A stretch of DNA of 64,000 bases from Eledone cirrhosa (GCA_964016885.1 OZ024744.1:49042001-49106000), one strand, 5' to 3'; shown: positions 1 to 13,424, counted from the first letter of the stretch. Program-made: numbers and translations. Notes: generated by a model from the sequence alone, not told the origin.

Positions 1-1275
1 AGTTAGCAACCTTAGAATTAGAGCCAGACAAAATTGTAGACAGAAAATAATCTGGAAGAGAAAGACATGAAAGCTGAAAGAGTCCTCAGCTAGGGATAAA
101 TTCAAGGAAGATATGTTTGACACTTATTATTCTAAGGAAGATGAAATAGAAACCTACAAAGTAGATAAAAGTAGAGGTTCATGTGGGACAATATACTAAA
201 GGCTACAGAAAGGTCTGTGGCTGGTGTAAGGCCCCAGGATGACAGAAGATAACATTGGTGGTGGAATAGTGAGGTAGATGAAGCAATTAAAGCTAAGAAA
301 CTGGTATGGAAAGACTGGAAATTTGAGGAAAACGGAAGTGGGGAGAGAAACTAGGGACCAGATACATCTAGTTAGAAATGAAGCAGAAAGTAAAAAGTTT
401 GCATATGTTTTATGGTGGGAAGACCAAAACCATGGCGTGTTTTAGATTGCAATGTAGTATGCTAAGGAAAATCATGATTTGGGGGGAAGAAGTGATTTTG
501 AAATAACAGTGGCACACTTTTCCTCACTGATGCTGAAAAGAAAGAAGCATGGAAGTACCATTATGAAAGTCAATTAAATGAGGAGAATGTGTGAAAGGAG
601 GAGAGGCTACCCCAAGTAGAATCAACTGTGTGATAAGTAAGGCAATCAAGGATATTAAGACAGGAAAGGAGCCAGCCCATTGGAGATAGTTGTTGAGATG
701 TTGAAACCATCTGGGATGGTAGGCCACATGTTTGTCAAGCAAATATTAAATCAGGTGCCATACCCAAAGACTAGTGCAGCAGCATCATTGTCAACTGCTA
801 CAAAAGTAAAGGAGGTGCATTAGATAGAGGAAACTATAGAGAAATTAAGTTGTTGGAAAAGTTATAGCACAACTGATTAAAAATAGAATTAACATGGGTG
901 AGATGTGGTTTGGCTTTGTACCACCAATGCTTTCTTCCTTGTAAGAGGTACTTCCATGAGAGGTACTTAGCTAAGAAGCTGCTCTACCTAACATTTGTTG
1001 ACCTAAAGAAAGCTTTGTAATTTGGTAGACTAAAGATACATGAGTAGCTTGTGAGAGCCATACAATCCATGTAAAAAGATACAGTAAGCATAGTTAGAGT
1101 TAACAATGAATATAGCGATGAATTTAGTGAGCAGATGAGGGTTCAACATGACTTAGTTATGAACCTCCTCATGTTTATTATAATCCTGCAGGCCATCACA
1201 GAGGGGTTTAAGACTGGCTGTATATGGGAATTCCTATATGCTTATGGCCATGCTCTGTATGCAGAAAAGGAGTTG
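1..1275 (+). mobile_element. Degenerate RTE-clade LINE fragment (linker + RT)
   Basis: Decayed frames encode WWWNSEVDEAIKAKK, IIVNCYKSKGGALDRGNYR, FVDLKKAF and GCIWEFLYA, homologous to the RTE copies at 36.5-42.2 kb; many stops and frameshifts. Confidence 0.85.
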
Positions 1276-1305
1276 TAGGAAATCTATACTATGTATTAGG
1301 TATAT

Positions 1306-1475
1306 AATTGTTTCTACTTTTGGCACAGGGCCAGCAATTATCCCAGTGCATTACTGGTACTTTATTTTATCGACCCCATAAGGATGAAAGGCAAAGTTAA
1401 CCCCAGACGGTAAAGAGCCGTAACTCTATGCTGCAAAGCATGGCATCTGTCCCTCTACTGATACTACCAATCCAC
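1306..1475 (-). mobile_element. tRNA-derived SINE, family A (internally deleted)
   Basis: Reverse complement carries the A box (TGGTAGTATCAG), the GCCTTTCATCC..GGGGTCGATAAAATAAAGTACCAG core and the AGTAGAAACAATT tail shared with at least 7 other copies in the window. Confidence 0.85.
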
Positions 1476-1807
1476 TGACTTAAATATATCATATGGGTAC
1501 ACAAGACATGTTGTATGATCTCAGACAGGCTAATGAAGAATGTAGACTTGAAATGAGACAGATGCACAGCACAATCATTTGTTTATATATAATTGATGAT
1601 AGCATCAAGGCAGTTTTATGCATAAGAGAGGTGTATATAAAAACATATATAGACATATATTATACGTTTATCTATATACAATAAAAATTACCATTTCGAA
1701 ACAATGGTTTCTATTAACAATATGCAAATGAACATCTCCAGTAAATGATCATCACACAAAATTCTATATAGACTCTAGTCTATTTCTGTGCCAGTAGGGG
1801 TTGAGTA

Positions 1808-1858
1808 AGTGTCACTGATGAAAAATTAACAAATCTTGAAACAGTGCTGTCAGACATT
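1808..1858 (+). ncRNA. Type I hammerhead ribozyme motif (slightly decayed)
   Basis: AGUGUC-A-CUGAUGA-AAAAUU..AAUCUU-GAAAC-AGUGCU-GUC-A-GACAUU: intact core; stems I and III pair; one mismatch each in stems I and II. Confidence 0.65.
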
Positions 1859-2059
1859 CTCAAAATGTACTGGCAAATCTGTGATATTTTCACTGAGGAA
1901 AATGGAAGAAAATAATCTTTTTTCCTTAAGAAAAAATAGTTTTCTTCTATAACAAAGCCACCCATGTGTGCTTATTGCATATAAACATATAATATATGTT
2001 TATATAAGTTTTCATATACACCTTTATTTTGCTTAAACACTGTCTTACTGCTACTGCCA

Positions 2060-2945
<886 letters not shown>

Positions 2946-3743
2946 TGGGTGTTATTCAATAATAACAACATGAAGTCCTAAGTATTTAGGGATAAGGGAC
3001 ACCTTACAAGGTTTCATTTGACAGGGGCTATTTTAAAATGAGTGACAGGTTCTACTTTAAGTTACAACCAGTCACTCTTGGTCCAGGTTTGTTGTCATTG
3101 GAGACAATGCAAGCTGACAAGAGAAATGTGTGGGAGATAGAATAAAATCCTGTGAATATGTGTGGCCAATGTATGGAGGGGGGTGTGGATGTGAGGTGTT
3201 TTGACATTGACATGGTGTAATGGGGAATGCACACGTGTCTGGGGTGTAGGGTGGTATGGTTGTTGTCTGTGTATGTGTATATATATATATGTATATGTGT
3301 ATATATATTTATATATATATACATATATATATGTATATATATATATAGAGAGAGAGAGAGAGCGAGAGAGAGAGAGAGAGAGAGATACATGTGTTTGAGT
3401 GGGTATATCTGTAGGTGCCAGTGTCTTCTATACATGTATATATATGTGTGCGTATGTGTGTGTGTGTTTATCCCAAGGTGCTACGCAGCAGGGAGTTAAT
3501 CCAAAACCTATACATACATATATGTATGTGTGTGTATAGATATTTTATATATATATGTATAACATATATATATAAATTATATACATACATATTATATATA
3601 TATATAACATATATATATATTATATACATACATATTATATATATATGTATAACAGTTGAAGCGGATGTTAAAACGGCATACACATACATACCTATATATA
3701 TATTCACACACATGTATAAATTTATATGAATATATGTGTATAT

Positions 3744-4166
3744 ATCATCATCATCATCATCATCATCCCCGTTTTACGTCCGTTCTTCCACGCTAGCATG
3801 GGTTAGACGGGTTGTCCTGTTGTGGGCAGTGTCCGGTCGGCTGACCATGTCTTGCTCATACGGGAACTGATTCTGGCTTGATTTCTACAGCTGGATGCCC
3901 TTCCTAACACCAACCTCATTTACAGTGAGTGCTGGGTGCTTTTTTTCCGTGGCGCCTACACGTCCACTTTACAGTGTGGGCTGGGTGCTTTTTCTTTTGC
4001 TGTGGCACCTCCACGACCACTTGGAATGATAGGGACCCCAATCCTATCATCTCATTTCTACAGCTGAGTAAACTGGAGCAATGTGAAATAAAGTGTCTTG
4101 CTCAAGGAAACAACAAATCACCTGGTCTTAGAATTGAACCCACAACCTTTCGATTGCAAGCCCTCA
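3744..4166 (-). mobile_element. tRNA-derived CORE-type SINE, family B, with RTE-derived 3' tail
   Basis: Reverse complement of the 6271-6627 element; B box, CCTTGAGCAAGACACTTT core and (GAT)n tail. Confidence 0.85.
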
Positions 4167-4379
4167 ACTAGGAATATCCTAGTTATGGCCTTATTAATAC
4201 TGGATTTGAACATTTGAGGTGTGAAGATGAAGTTAATTTGGTTGTGAATCCTGCCACAGGGTTCATGCCAGACTGTTCTACAAGAGCTTCTGTGGGAACA
4301 GTGCATTGACTAGAGTCAGCTTATGGGTACTAGCAAATTCTAGGAGTCGGAGTCCATGATTCTTAGTTTCTCTGATCCC

Positions 4380-5215
4380 TAATCATTCCATTGTCCCAGT
4401 CCATTGGTCATATGTATCTTGATTTACTTTGGTATTCCAGTCTCCTGAGGCAGCGAGGACATCTTTATTTTAGGAGCTATCCTGATGATTTTCTCCAGGT
4501 TTTCATAAAACTCTTCCATGGCATCATCGTCATATTCAAACTTGGTATATAGTCTTGTATGATGATAATGTTCTGTGATCTTTCAGCCACAAGTATGGTG
4601 ATGAGCCTGCTGGAAACTGATGTACAGCTGATGATTGAGGTTACTCTGGTCTTGTTAACAATGAAGCCCACTCCATATTGATGCTTGGTATCATCGCCAG
4701 TGTACCACAATTTGTGACCATCATTCGTAGTTGTCTCACCGAATTCAGTCCACCTCCCTTCAATCAGCCCTGAGTATCTCATTTGTATCTGGCAAGTTCA
4801 TTTGTAAGTTTTTCATCCTTCCACAAGCATATAGAGTACAGATGTTCCATATAACAAAGACAGTATTTTCTTTGGAAAGGTTGATGGTTGTTGATGTATG
4901 TGTTATTGTTGTTACTGTTGTTGTTCCAGTTGTACATTGATCATCTCCCCCCCAGGAAATAGCAGTGGAGAGTGTAGTTGCTGGTCGTTGAGGTTTCAAT
5001 CAAGCCAAGATGTTATTTTTTTAGTGTGTGTCCATCATAGACAATGCCCATCATGGACAGCGCCCATCACCTCACCAAGTATCCAGTCCCTCACTAAGTT
5101 TAACCTGCCAGTAGAAGCAGTTACCGGGATGTGGCTGAAAAACGTCTCAGAGTTAAAAGTGTGAGTCAGGCGAGAAGCAGTTTACCTGTCCATCCGTAAG
5201 GATGCTAGTGCCCAG
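4380..5215 (-). mobile_element. RTE LINE 5' end (5' UTR + AP endonuclease)
   Basis: ORFs 4760-4999 and 4477-4782 give WNICTLY..G, RWTEFGETTT..GHKLWYTG, GVGFIV and SSRLITI, the APE N-terminus of RTE elements. Confidence 0.8.
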
Positions 5216-5479
5216 ACACCAATATATTCTCTCTATTCAAACACCCTACATGTGTGTTTGTATGTGTGTGTGTGTGTCTATGTGCGTGCGTACGTGTATG
5301 TGTGTGTGTGTACATATGTATGCGTGGATGTGTATGTGTGTGTATTGTATATACAAGACTAACACTAATCATGTTAGTGGGGTGGCTAATCCAGCTATAT
5401 GCGAGAACTCCTTCACTATCATATACCCATTTTCCACACCAGGTACTGAAGGCTACTAATAAAAGATGACTTAATCACC

Positions 5480-5670
5480 ACTGTCAGGTAACAAATCTCA
5501 AAGTTGCCACTTTTAATGTGGGCACAAGGAAAGGTAGATCTGGAGAAATTGTGGAGTTGCTTGAGAAGAGGTGAGTAGATGTGTGCTGTGACCAAGGGGT
5601 GAGATGGAGGGGAACCTCAACTTGACTCCTCACAGGCAAAAAGGTTTGATATAATCTTTTCTGGGTTTTG
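5480..5670 (+). mobile_element. RTE AP-endonuclease fragment
   Basis: Reads LKVATFNVGT..GRSGEIVELLEKR*VDVCC..VRWRG. Confidence 0.7.
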
Positions 5671-5749
5671 CCTCATAATGTAGACAACCTGCAAGCATGG
5701 AAAATAAAATGTTAAATGAGAATGATGATGGTGATATAAATATATATAT

Positions 5750-5809
<60 letters not shown>

Positions 5810-6073
5810 AAAATAGAAGTAATATATCGTAAATTCAGAGAAGATATAATATATTGTGTTAGATGTCTAAAACAAAGCAAAGCATGCTGAATGCCTAAAG
5901 ATGCAATATTAAATATTAAAGTGGAGTTAATATTCAGAGGATAAAAGCAGAAGAAAAGACAGAAATATATGATAGATATTAGTACTGAATAACATGTATA
6001 CATAATTATTAATAAATAGAACTAAACATTATTAATTCTGTGGGACATATTTGTTAAACCCTTCGAATAGTTA

Positions 6074-6241
6074 CTGTATTTCCCGACGTCGAAGACGCTA
6101 CTTTTTTCCTAAAATAAGTCTCAAAAATCTACTATGTGTCCTGGAAGCCAAAGGTTGATTATTATTTTTTTTCAAATTTTTGGTTGTCAAAATTAGGGTG
6201 TGTCCTCGAGGACGAAGCCTCTTCGGCATCGGGAAATACAG
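6074..6241. mobile_element. Tc1/mariner-pogo type MITE
   Basis: TIRs CTGTATTTCCCGACGTCGAAGA / TCTTCGGCATCGGGAAATACAG flanked by TA on both sides; non-coding. Confidence 0.85.
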
Positions 6242-6270
6242 TAACTAGATATAGATATATATATATATAT

Positions 6271-6627
6271 GGAGGCACATGGCTATGGAGGCACATGGCT
6301 TAGTGGTTAGAGCATTGGCCTTGCAATCGAAAGGTTGTGAGTTCAATTCTCAGATCAGGTGATGTGTTGTTTCCTTGAGCAAGACATTTTATTTCACATT
6401 GCTCCAGTTTACTCAGCTGTAGAAATGAGATGATAGGGACTGGGGTCCCTATCATTCCATTGCAAAGTGGTCGTGTAGGTGCTACATCAAAAAGCACCCA
6501 GCACTCACTGTAAATGAGGTTGGTGTTAGGAAGGGCATCCAGCTGTAAAAATCAAGCCAGAATCAGTTCCCGTCCCACCCTTGCAAGCAGGGAAAAAGCG
6601 GATGTAAAATGATGATGATGATGATGA
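6271..6627 (+). mobile_element. Full-length CORE-type SINE, family B
   Basis: A box TGGCTTAGTGG, B box GAGTTCAATTC, MIR-like CORE (TCCTTGAGCAAGACA..CAGTTTACTCAGCTGTAGAAATGAG), RTE-like tail ending (GAT)n; 16-bp duplication at the 5' end. Confidence 0.9.
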
Positions 6628-6950
6628 TACACACACACACACAAACACACATCCATGTACACATATATCTATATCTACATAAACATATATATAAAAAACT
6701 AAATTACATTAAGTGCTTATCTAATACTTAACATCCTAGGACCAAGTCTTGTTACTAAAGCATTGGTCTAATGGGGTAAGGGTGTCTAATAAACTATAGT
6801 CCTAAATTACAATATCAAATATAAACTACAGTAATCGATAGTTGGTGTTGCACGTAATTATTTAGTTATGAGGTAAAAAATGATATCATATAAAAATAGT
6901 CAAAGATTAACATACATTTAGTACAAAAGTCTTGTTCTGTGGACACATAT

Positions 6951-7100
6951 ATCATCATTATCATCATCATCATCATCATTTTTCTGTTTGCAAGGGTGGG
7001 ACGGGTCCTATTCAGCACAGTATCTCTCCACTTGTCACGGTCCTTCGTCATCTCCTCTGTGAGCTACAGTGATCTGAGGTCTGCTCTCTCTCTCCACCCC
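6951..7100 (-). mobile_element. RTE LINE 3' end
   Basis: MTKDRDKWRDTVLNRTRPTLA followed by a (GAT)n tail. Confidence 0.75.
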
Positions 7101-7248
7101 CGCCCATATATACCTCTATATTCTCTACTGCAATTAGGTTTAGTCTAGGCCTCTAAACTTTAGCCTTGAAATTAGATGTTGTAACCTAGTATATAACAGT
7201 GATCTTATCAGAAGATTTATTATAGAAATAAATTGTAGACAGACTACT

Positions 7249-7369
7249 TTCTTCTGAAGAGTCTGAAGGGGTACAATTCTAGGTGGGGGAGGGGGGTATA
7301 TAAATCTTATTTAATTCCTTCCATAAGAATACAAATATTACCCTCAATGATGAAACACTGTGTAAGGAA
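7249..7369 (+). ncRNA. Type I hammerhead ribozyme motif with long stem II
   Basis: UUCUU-CUGAAGA-GUC..GGGGUA...UACCCUC..GAU-GAAAC-ACUGU-GUA-AGGAA; palindromic stem III ACACUGUGU. Confidence 0.7.
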
Positions 7370-7447
7370 TAAGATTTGTTGATAAGAGTCTTATTTTCTC
7401 CATCATATATTTCTGCTTATATATATACACACACACACATATATATA

Positions 7448-7655
7448 TCTATATATATAAAGTTGTATTCCTGTCTGTTTGTTTGTTTGTTTGTTCATGA
7501 ACTCCTCCTATGGTTTTGGAGATAGACCCCCATAACCATAGATATTCTGAAACTACATTGCCCAGGGTACTTGGATAAGTATATTTTAATCAAAGGGATC
7601 CCCAGGGGCACAAAACCCTGCTGAAAATGTTTTCCCTTCGATTTATATGAAATTT
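7448..7655 (+). mobile_element. Probable non-autonomous Helitron 5' end
   Basis: A|TCTATATATATAAAG followed by (GTTT)n, typical of invertebrate Helitron 5' termini; interrupted by a SINE; 3' end not located. Confidence 0.45.
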
Positions 7656-7660
7656 AAACC

Positions 7661-7990
7661 ATTGGTTAGAGCATTGGCCTTGCAATCGAAAGGTTGTGAG
7701 TTCAATTCTCAGACCAGGTGATGTGTTGTTTCCTTGAGCAAGACACTTTATTTCACATTGCTCCAGTTTACTCAGCTGTAGAAATGAAATGATAGGGACT
7801 GAGGTCCCTATCATTCCACTGCAAAGTGGACATGTAGGCACCACGGCAAAAAAAGCACCCAGCACTCACTGTAAATGAGGTTGGTGTTAGGAAGGGCATT
7901 CAGCTGTAGAAATCAAGCCAGAATCAGTTCCCGTCCCACCCTTGCAAGCAGGAAAAAGTGGACGTAAAATGAAATGAAATGAAATGAATG
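7661..7990 (+). mobile_element. SINE family B copy
   Basis: Near-identical to 6300-6610; (GAAAT)n tail. Confidence 0.88.
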
Positions 7991-8091
7991 AATGAGGTAA
8001 ATGATAAGTTATGACGCCTATTCACAAATGTTTTGAATTGATATTTTGAAAAAAATTATTTACAAGAAACAAAATAAGAATAAAATTTAAT

Positions 8092-8265
8092 AATTGTTTC
8101 TACTTTTGGCACAAGGCCAGCAATTATCCAGTACATTACTGGTACTTTATTTTATTGACCCCGTAAGGATGAAAGGCAAAGTTAACCTCGGCGGGATTTG
8201 AACTCAGTCCATAAAGGGCCGTAACTATACTAGAAAGCATGGCATCTGATCCTCTATACTGCCAA
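8092..8265 (-). mobile_element. SINE family A copy
   Basis: B box GAGTTCAAATCC on the minus strand, plus the shared core and tail. Confidence 0.88.
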
Positions 8266-8480
8266 TACAATAAGATTTAATAATGTAATTTTGTTTTGAT
8301 ATATTACAAAAAATAATGTTTTCCAATTTTTCATGCATTACATTTTACATTGAGTAATAAATATTGAAATGCAAAGTTTTTCTCCATAAATTATATCACT
8401 GATTTAAAATCAATCATCATTTTCTTACAAAAAAAATGTGGTAATTTGGCTAGTATATATGTATATATATAAATATATAT

Positions 8481-8860
8481 TCCTCAGGCAGTGACGGTCC
8501 ACAGAATCAAAAGCCTTCCTAAAGTCAATGAAAACCATGACTGCAGGAAGGCACTTTGCTCTAGCTCCCTCTAATAACCTCCTCAGCATCAGAGCTGTAC
8601 GGGAGCCTCCCAAAAGTCAGCTCGAAGTGACACAGAGGAGACTGAGGTTAGCTGGACATGCTCACCGACATCCAGAGTTGGCACTCCTGTGGGAGCCCCT
8701 ACATGGACACACTAGAAGAGGAAGACCAAGGTTAACATATGTTGATGCCCTAAGGACAGACACTGGTCTGTTGGAAATGCAGGACATGGCAGCGATAATG
8801 AGAGACAGAGACCGCTGGAGAGAACTCGTCCATGGATCTCCGGAATTTTACCCACCCTAG
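8481..8860. mobile_element. 5'-inverted RTE-superfamily LINE fragment
   Basis: Minus strand 8481-8610 encodes RT (LRRLLEG..VFIDFRKAFDSVDR); plus strand 8610-8860 encodes the C-terminus (QRRLRLAGHAHRH..RGRPRLTYVD..DRDRWR). Confidence 0.8.
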
Positions 8861-8983
8861 ATATATATATATATTGTGTGTGTATGTGTAAAAGGTAAAC
8901 AGAAATAACAAAAAATAACAAAACAGACAGCACAGTACATGGAAGAAATATATTAGTTTAATGCTTGAAATAGCAGGAAGAGA

Positions 8984-9021
8984 GACTTAACGTTTCAGAC
9001 ACTAGTCCTTCATCAGAAGAC
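8984..9021 (-). ncRNA. Minimal hammerhead ribozyme in a short PLE-derived repeat (family H1, ~8885-9150)
   Basis: GUCUU-CUGAUGA-A-GGAC-UAGU-GUCU-GAAAC-GUU-AAGUC; stem III is only the palindrome ACGU; homologous to 27321-27358 and 36399-36420. Confidence 0.8.
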
Positions 9022-9545
9022 AGAGTTAGAAATAGAAGATAAATAGAAAGTAAAGAGTGGTGAGAGGAAGATAATGAAGAAAATAAGAAAAAAATTGGAG
9101 AAGAAAAAAACACATGCGTATTCAGCCAGCCATCTTGGAGAGTGTGTGATGTGGCTATATATATATATATATATATATAATAAGTAATAGATTGAAATAG
9201 GTTGTTCTAATGTTAGTGCAATCCACTGAAATGATTGAAACCATTAAATTATCTGATTTATTTTAATTTTAATTGTTCATTTGCTCTGTTTATATATGTA
9301 TGTAAAGCTAAAAAATATGTGAAATGTATGTAGTTTAATGAGAATGTATGTGTGTTTATCTTCTTCTTTAGTGCGTGTGTGTACGTGTTCACATAGGAAT
9401 GAAAATGTTTGATGTTATGCGTTTATCACATCAACACACATAGAGTTGGTTGTATATATATACATACATACATATATATATAACCAACTATGTGTGTGGA
9501 TGTGATAAATACATAACACATAGTTGGTTATATATGTATGTATGT

Positions 9546-9577
<32 letters not shown>

Positions 9578-10234
9578 CATACATATATATAGCCAACTAT
9601 GTGTGTGTGGATGTGAAAAATACATAACATAAATTTATATATGTTTGTATGGTGCTGTAATTTCTGGTGGAGTCATAGAGGTACTTTAAACCTGGTGGAG
9701 TCCATCTATCACCACCTCTGAACACAGTCAATTTCTTCCAGAGAAGGGAAGAAAGATTAATAGTGACAAAGTGAGAGATATAGAGAAAGACTCAACTGCA
9801 GAACTGGACTGGTCATTTTTTTAATTTTTTTTATTGTGTTTCATACTTTTGAGGTTGATAAAAAAAAAGTACCAGTCAATTACTGAGGTCAATTCTTCCT
9901 CAATATCTCTTTTTCACACATTCATGCTCTACTATTCCCACTCCCTCTCCCCCCTCTCTATCTCCCTCTCCCTCTCCCTCTCCCTCTCTCTCTCTCAATC
10001 ATGCTCTCTCCCTCCCTCCCCCTCTCTCTATCTATCTATCTATCTCTCCCACTAAGACATTATATTTATCTTATATGTTTCAAGAAAAAAGATAGGAAAA
10101 ACTGAAATGGTGAAAAACCACGCTCAAGCTCCATTATATAAATACATGATATTCATATTAGGAGTGTAAATGAAAACATATGGGAGACTCGTTATATATT
10201 ACGTACATTACATTTTTGAAATAGACCTGATGAT

Positions 10235-10490
10235 GGGCATGTGGTTGGAATGTCTCAGGAAAAAAATTGCTGGAAAGATTTTATGGGCAAAAACCAACCG
10301 GCAGTAGACCCAGGCGTCGACCCCGAGCAAGATGGTTGGATAACATCCATGAGCTTGGCTAGTCTTGCTTGGGGATCTAACCAGATCAGTTGAAGACAGT
10401 TGCTTCTAACAGGACCTGCTGTAAGGATTATTTGAGGACTCTTTCCCCTCGACCTTCTCAGGAATAAATGGGCAAAAAAGAAGAAAAAGA
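10235..10490 (+). mobile_element. 5'-truncated RTE-like LINE 3' end with 12-bp TSD
   Basis: GHVVGM..RPRARWLDNI remnant, A-rich tail, flanked by AGACCTGATGAT at 10223-10234 and 10491-10502. Confidence 0.8.
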
Positions 10491-11413
10491 AGACCTGATG
10501 ATTTAGATGTGTTTTGTTCATGAAATCACTGGTAGCCCTGAAATTGTCAAACATTTAATATATGTATATATATATTTATAAACACACACACACATACACA
10601 TTGCATGATATAGCAGCTATTCAGTACAGGAGACAAACACACAGACACACAGGTACACACACACTGACACACAAACGCTGAGACACAGACATGCACACAT
10701 ACACACACACATGTACACACAGACACACACACCGAGGTGCCTAGATACTGGCAGACACAAGAACCATCTTGTATACATAAAGCAATTAGTTTTTCTTAAT
10801 CCTTAATCCCAGTGTGTGTGTGTGTGTGTATGACTATCTATATATGCATGTGTCTATATAAATATATATATATGTATATTTATATATATATATGCATATA
10901 TATATGTACATATATATATGCATATATATATATATATATACATAAATATATATATATATCTATATATATATATAAACATTTATGTATATCTATATATATA
11001 TATAAACATTTATGTATATCTATATGTTTATATATATATATATATAAACATATATGTGTGTGTATGTGTGTGTGCACCCCCCCCCCCCCCACACACACAC
11101 ACATATATATAAATATAAAATAAACAACCATCAAAGCTGTCTTGTAAATTTTTGCCAATTAATTTTTCTTAATCTCCAATTAATTTGACATTTTTTTATA
11201 TATGTATACATGTATAACTGTATCTATCTATCTATCTATGGATGTAAGCTTGTATGTACTTGTGTATATATGTATATATATATGTGAGTGTATATGGTTG
11301 AGTATGTGTTTGTGGTTGAGTATATGTTTGTAAATTTGTACAACAGTCCATGCATACTTATATATATATATACATATATATATATACATATATATATACA
11401 TATATATATATAC

Positions 11414-11448
<35 letters not shown>

Positions 11449-11559
11449 CATGATGATGATGATGATGATGATGATATAATATATATACATATATACATAT
11501 ATATACATATATATTATATATATACATATATATATATATTATATATATATATACATATA

Positions 11560-11598
<39 letters not shown>

Positions 11599-11649
11599 TA
11601 CACATATATATACATATATATACATATATATATATACATATATATATAT

Positions 11650-11662
11650 AACTGACAAAGAG

Positions 11663-11753
<91 letters not shown>

Positions 11754-11765
11754 TCTTTGTCAGTT
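11650..11765. repeat. Palindrome centred on (TA)n
   Basis: AACTGACAAAGAGAC-(TA)n-GTCTCTTTGTCAGTT. Confidence 0.9.
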
Positions 11766-11840
11766 TATCTCTCTATCTATCTATCTATCTACCAGTCTGT
11801 CTGTCTGTACCTTTTCTAGCAGGGAAAACGACACTAAATA

Positions 11841-12023
11841 ATTATTTCTACTTTAGGCACAAGGCCAGCAATTACCTAGTATATTACTGGTACTTTATTT
11901 TATCGACCCCGAAAGAATGAAAGGCAAAGTTAACCTCGGCGGGATTTGAACTCAGAATGGCAAGGGCCGCAACTCTATGCGTCACAGCATGGCATCCGAC
12001 CCTCTACCGATACTGCCAATCCA
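11841..12023 (-). mobile_element. SINE family A copy
   Basis: Full tRNA head, core and tail on the minus strand. Confidence 0.88.
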
Positions 12024-12267
12024 TTCATAATGATGATAATACTTATACACTGCCACTAAACATATATCTATATAAACCAACCAAACAGTGAGTGTGTTCT
12101 GTTATTAATTCTGGCAATATTATTACACAGATATGACCCTCCCCAAGTATATCTATATATATATATATAGAGAGAGAGACTCACACATCCTTTATTATAT
12201 ACATATATCAACATACACGTAAATAGGCACATCCATTGATACATGCATATAAACATACATACATACA

Positions 12268-12443
12268 TGGTGGCTGCCAACTCGTTTTCAAGTACGGCCA
12301 CTACTTTATATCCATGTAGGAGAACCCCTACCGATGCGCTGAACGAGTGCGACCTTCCAGTCCAGCCAGCGACTTGAAAACTCTGGTACAAACACTACAC
12401 CTGTGACAATCATTGAAACATAGTGCTGGTACCATGTGACGAC
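12268..12443 (-). mobile_element. LINE 3' end with C-terminal C2H2-like zinc finger (RTE/BovB-like)
   Basis: CSVCTRVFKSLAGLEGRTRSAHR* then a short 3' UTR running into (ATGT)n. Confidence 0.6.
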
Positions 12444-12448
12444 ATACA

Positions 12449-12482
<34 letters not shown>

Positions 12483-12648
12483 CATACATGCATATATATA
12501 CATACATACATACATACATACATACATACATTTTATGAGCCTGAGGCTTAAAAACGCCTCTGCCGCTGATACATACATATACATATATTATATATATGTA
12601 TATATGTATATATATGCATGTATGTGTATATATATGTATGTATGTGTG

Positions 12649-12680
<32 letters not shown>

Positions 12681-12954
12681 CACAGTCAACACGAAGCACT
12701 TCTACAGGGTGTATACAGCAACAACTAAAGCAAACTCTCTTTACACATACCATGTTTAAGATTTTAACTAAACTAGGGGCCTGTTCATTTTCAATTAATC
12801 AAGGTTTCTTGTACCATTAAAATAATTTTAACAGCTCCTTTTGCCCTAAGGCAATGCAATATTACTGTTGGGAAAATACTTGCCTGACTATCCATGTGTA
12901 TATATGTGTGTGTGTATATGTTTGTTTTCATGTTTATATATATATATATATATA

Positions 12955-13237
12955 TAAGAGACGTAAAATAAGAAAATTATAAAATTAACTTACTTACTAA
13001 AATATCACTTCCAACTAATTAGTTTCTGGAATGGAGTAAATATATTTTCCGAAGAATAATATAGAGAAGCATTCCGTCATCAGGGAAGTCTATTCTCATG
13101 TAAGTTTCCAGGCAAAGCGAGGACACTGGAAACTTATTAAAAAATAATTCAGTGGATAGGAAATAGCGAAGCGTGGACTGAAAGTGATATTTTAGTAAGT
13201 AAGTTAATTTTATAATTTTCTTATTTTACGTCTCTTA
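12955..13237 (-). mobile_element. Non-autonomous PLE-like element with 58-bp inverted termini and a hammerhead ribozyme
   Basis: Arms 12955-13012 and 13180-13237 are inverted copies (1 mismatch), both abutting TA repeats. Confidence 0.85.
13007..13089 (-). ncRNA. Type I hammerhead ribozyme (intact core)
   Basis: ACUUCC-CUGAUGA-CGGAAUG...CAUUCCA-GAAAC-UAAUUA-GUU|GGAAGU; perfect 6-bp stem I and palindromic stem III ACUAAUUAGU. Confidence 0.9.
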
Positions 13238-13354
13238 TATTATTGTTCTGCAACCCCATGCATTGAACCACACTGTTATTAAGACAAAACCTGTATATTT
13301 GCTAGCATTGATATGCATCTGTATGTATATATATGTTACTAGATATGTATTCTT

Positions 13355-13424
<70 letters not shown>

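Noticed and set aside
10223-10550. Hammerhead interrupted by the LINE insertion (CTGATGA in the TSD)
   Set aside because: After removing the insert, stems I and II do not pair convincingly.
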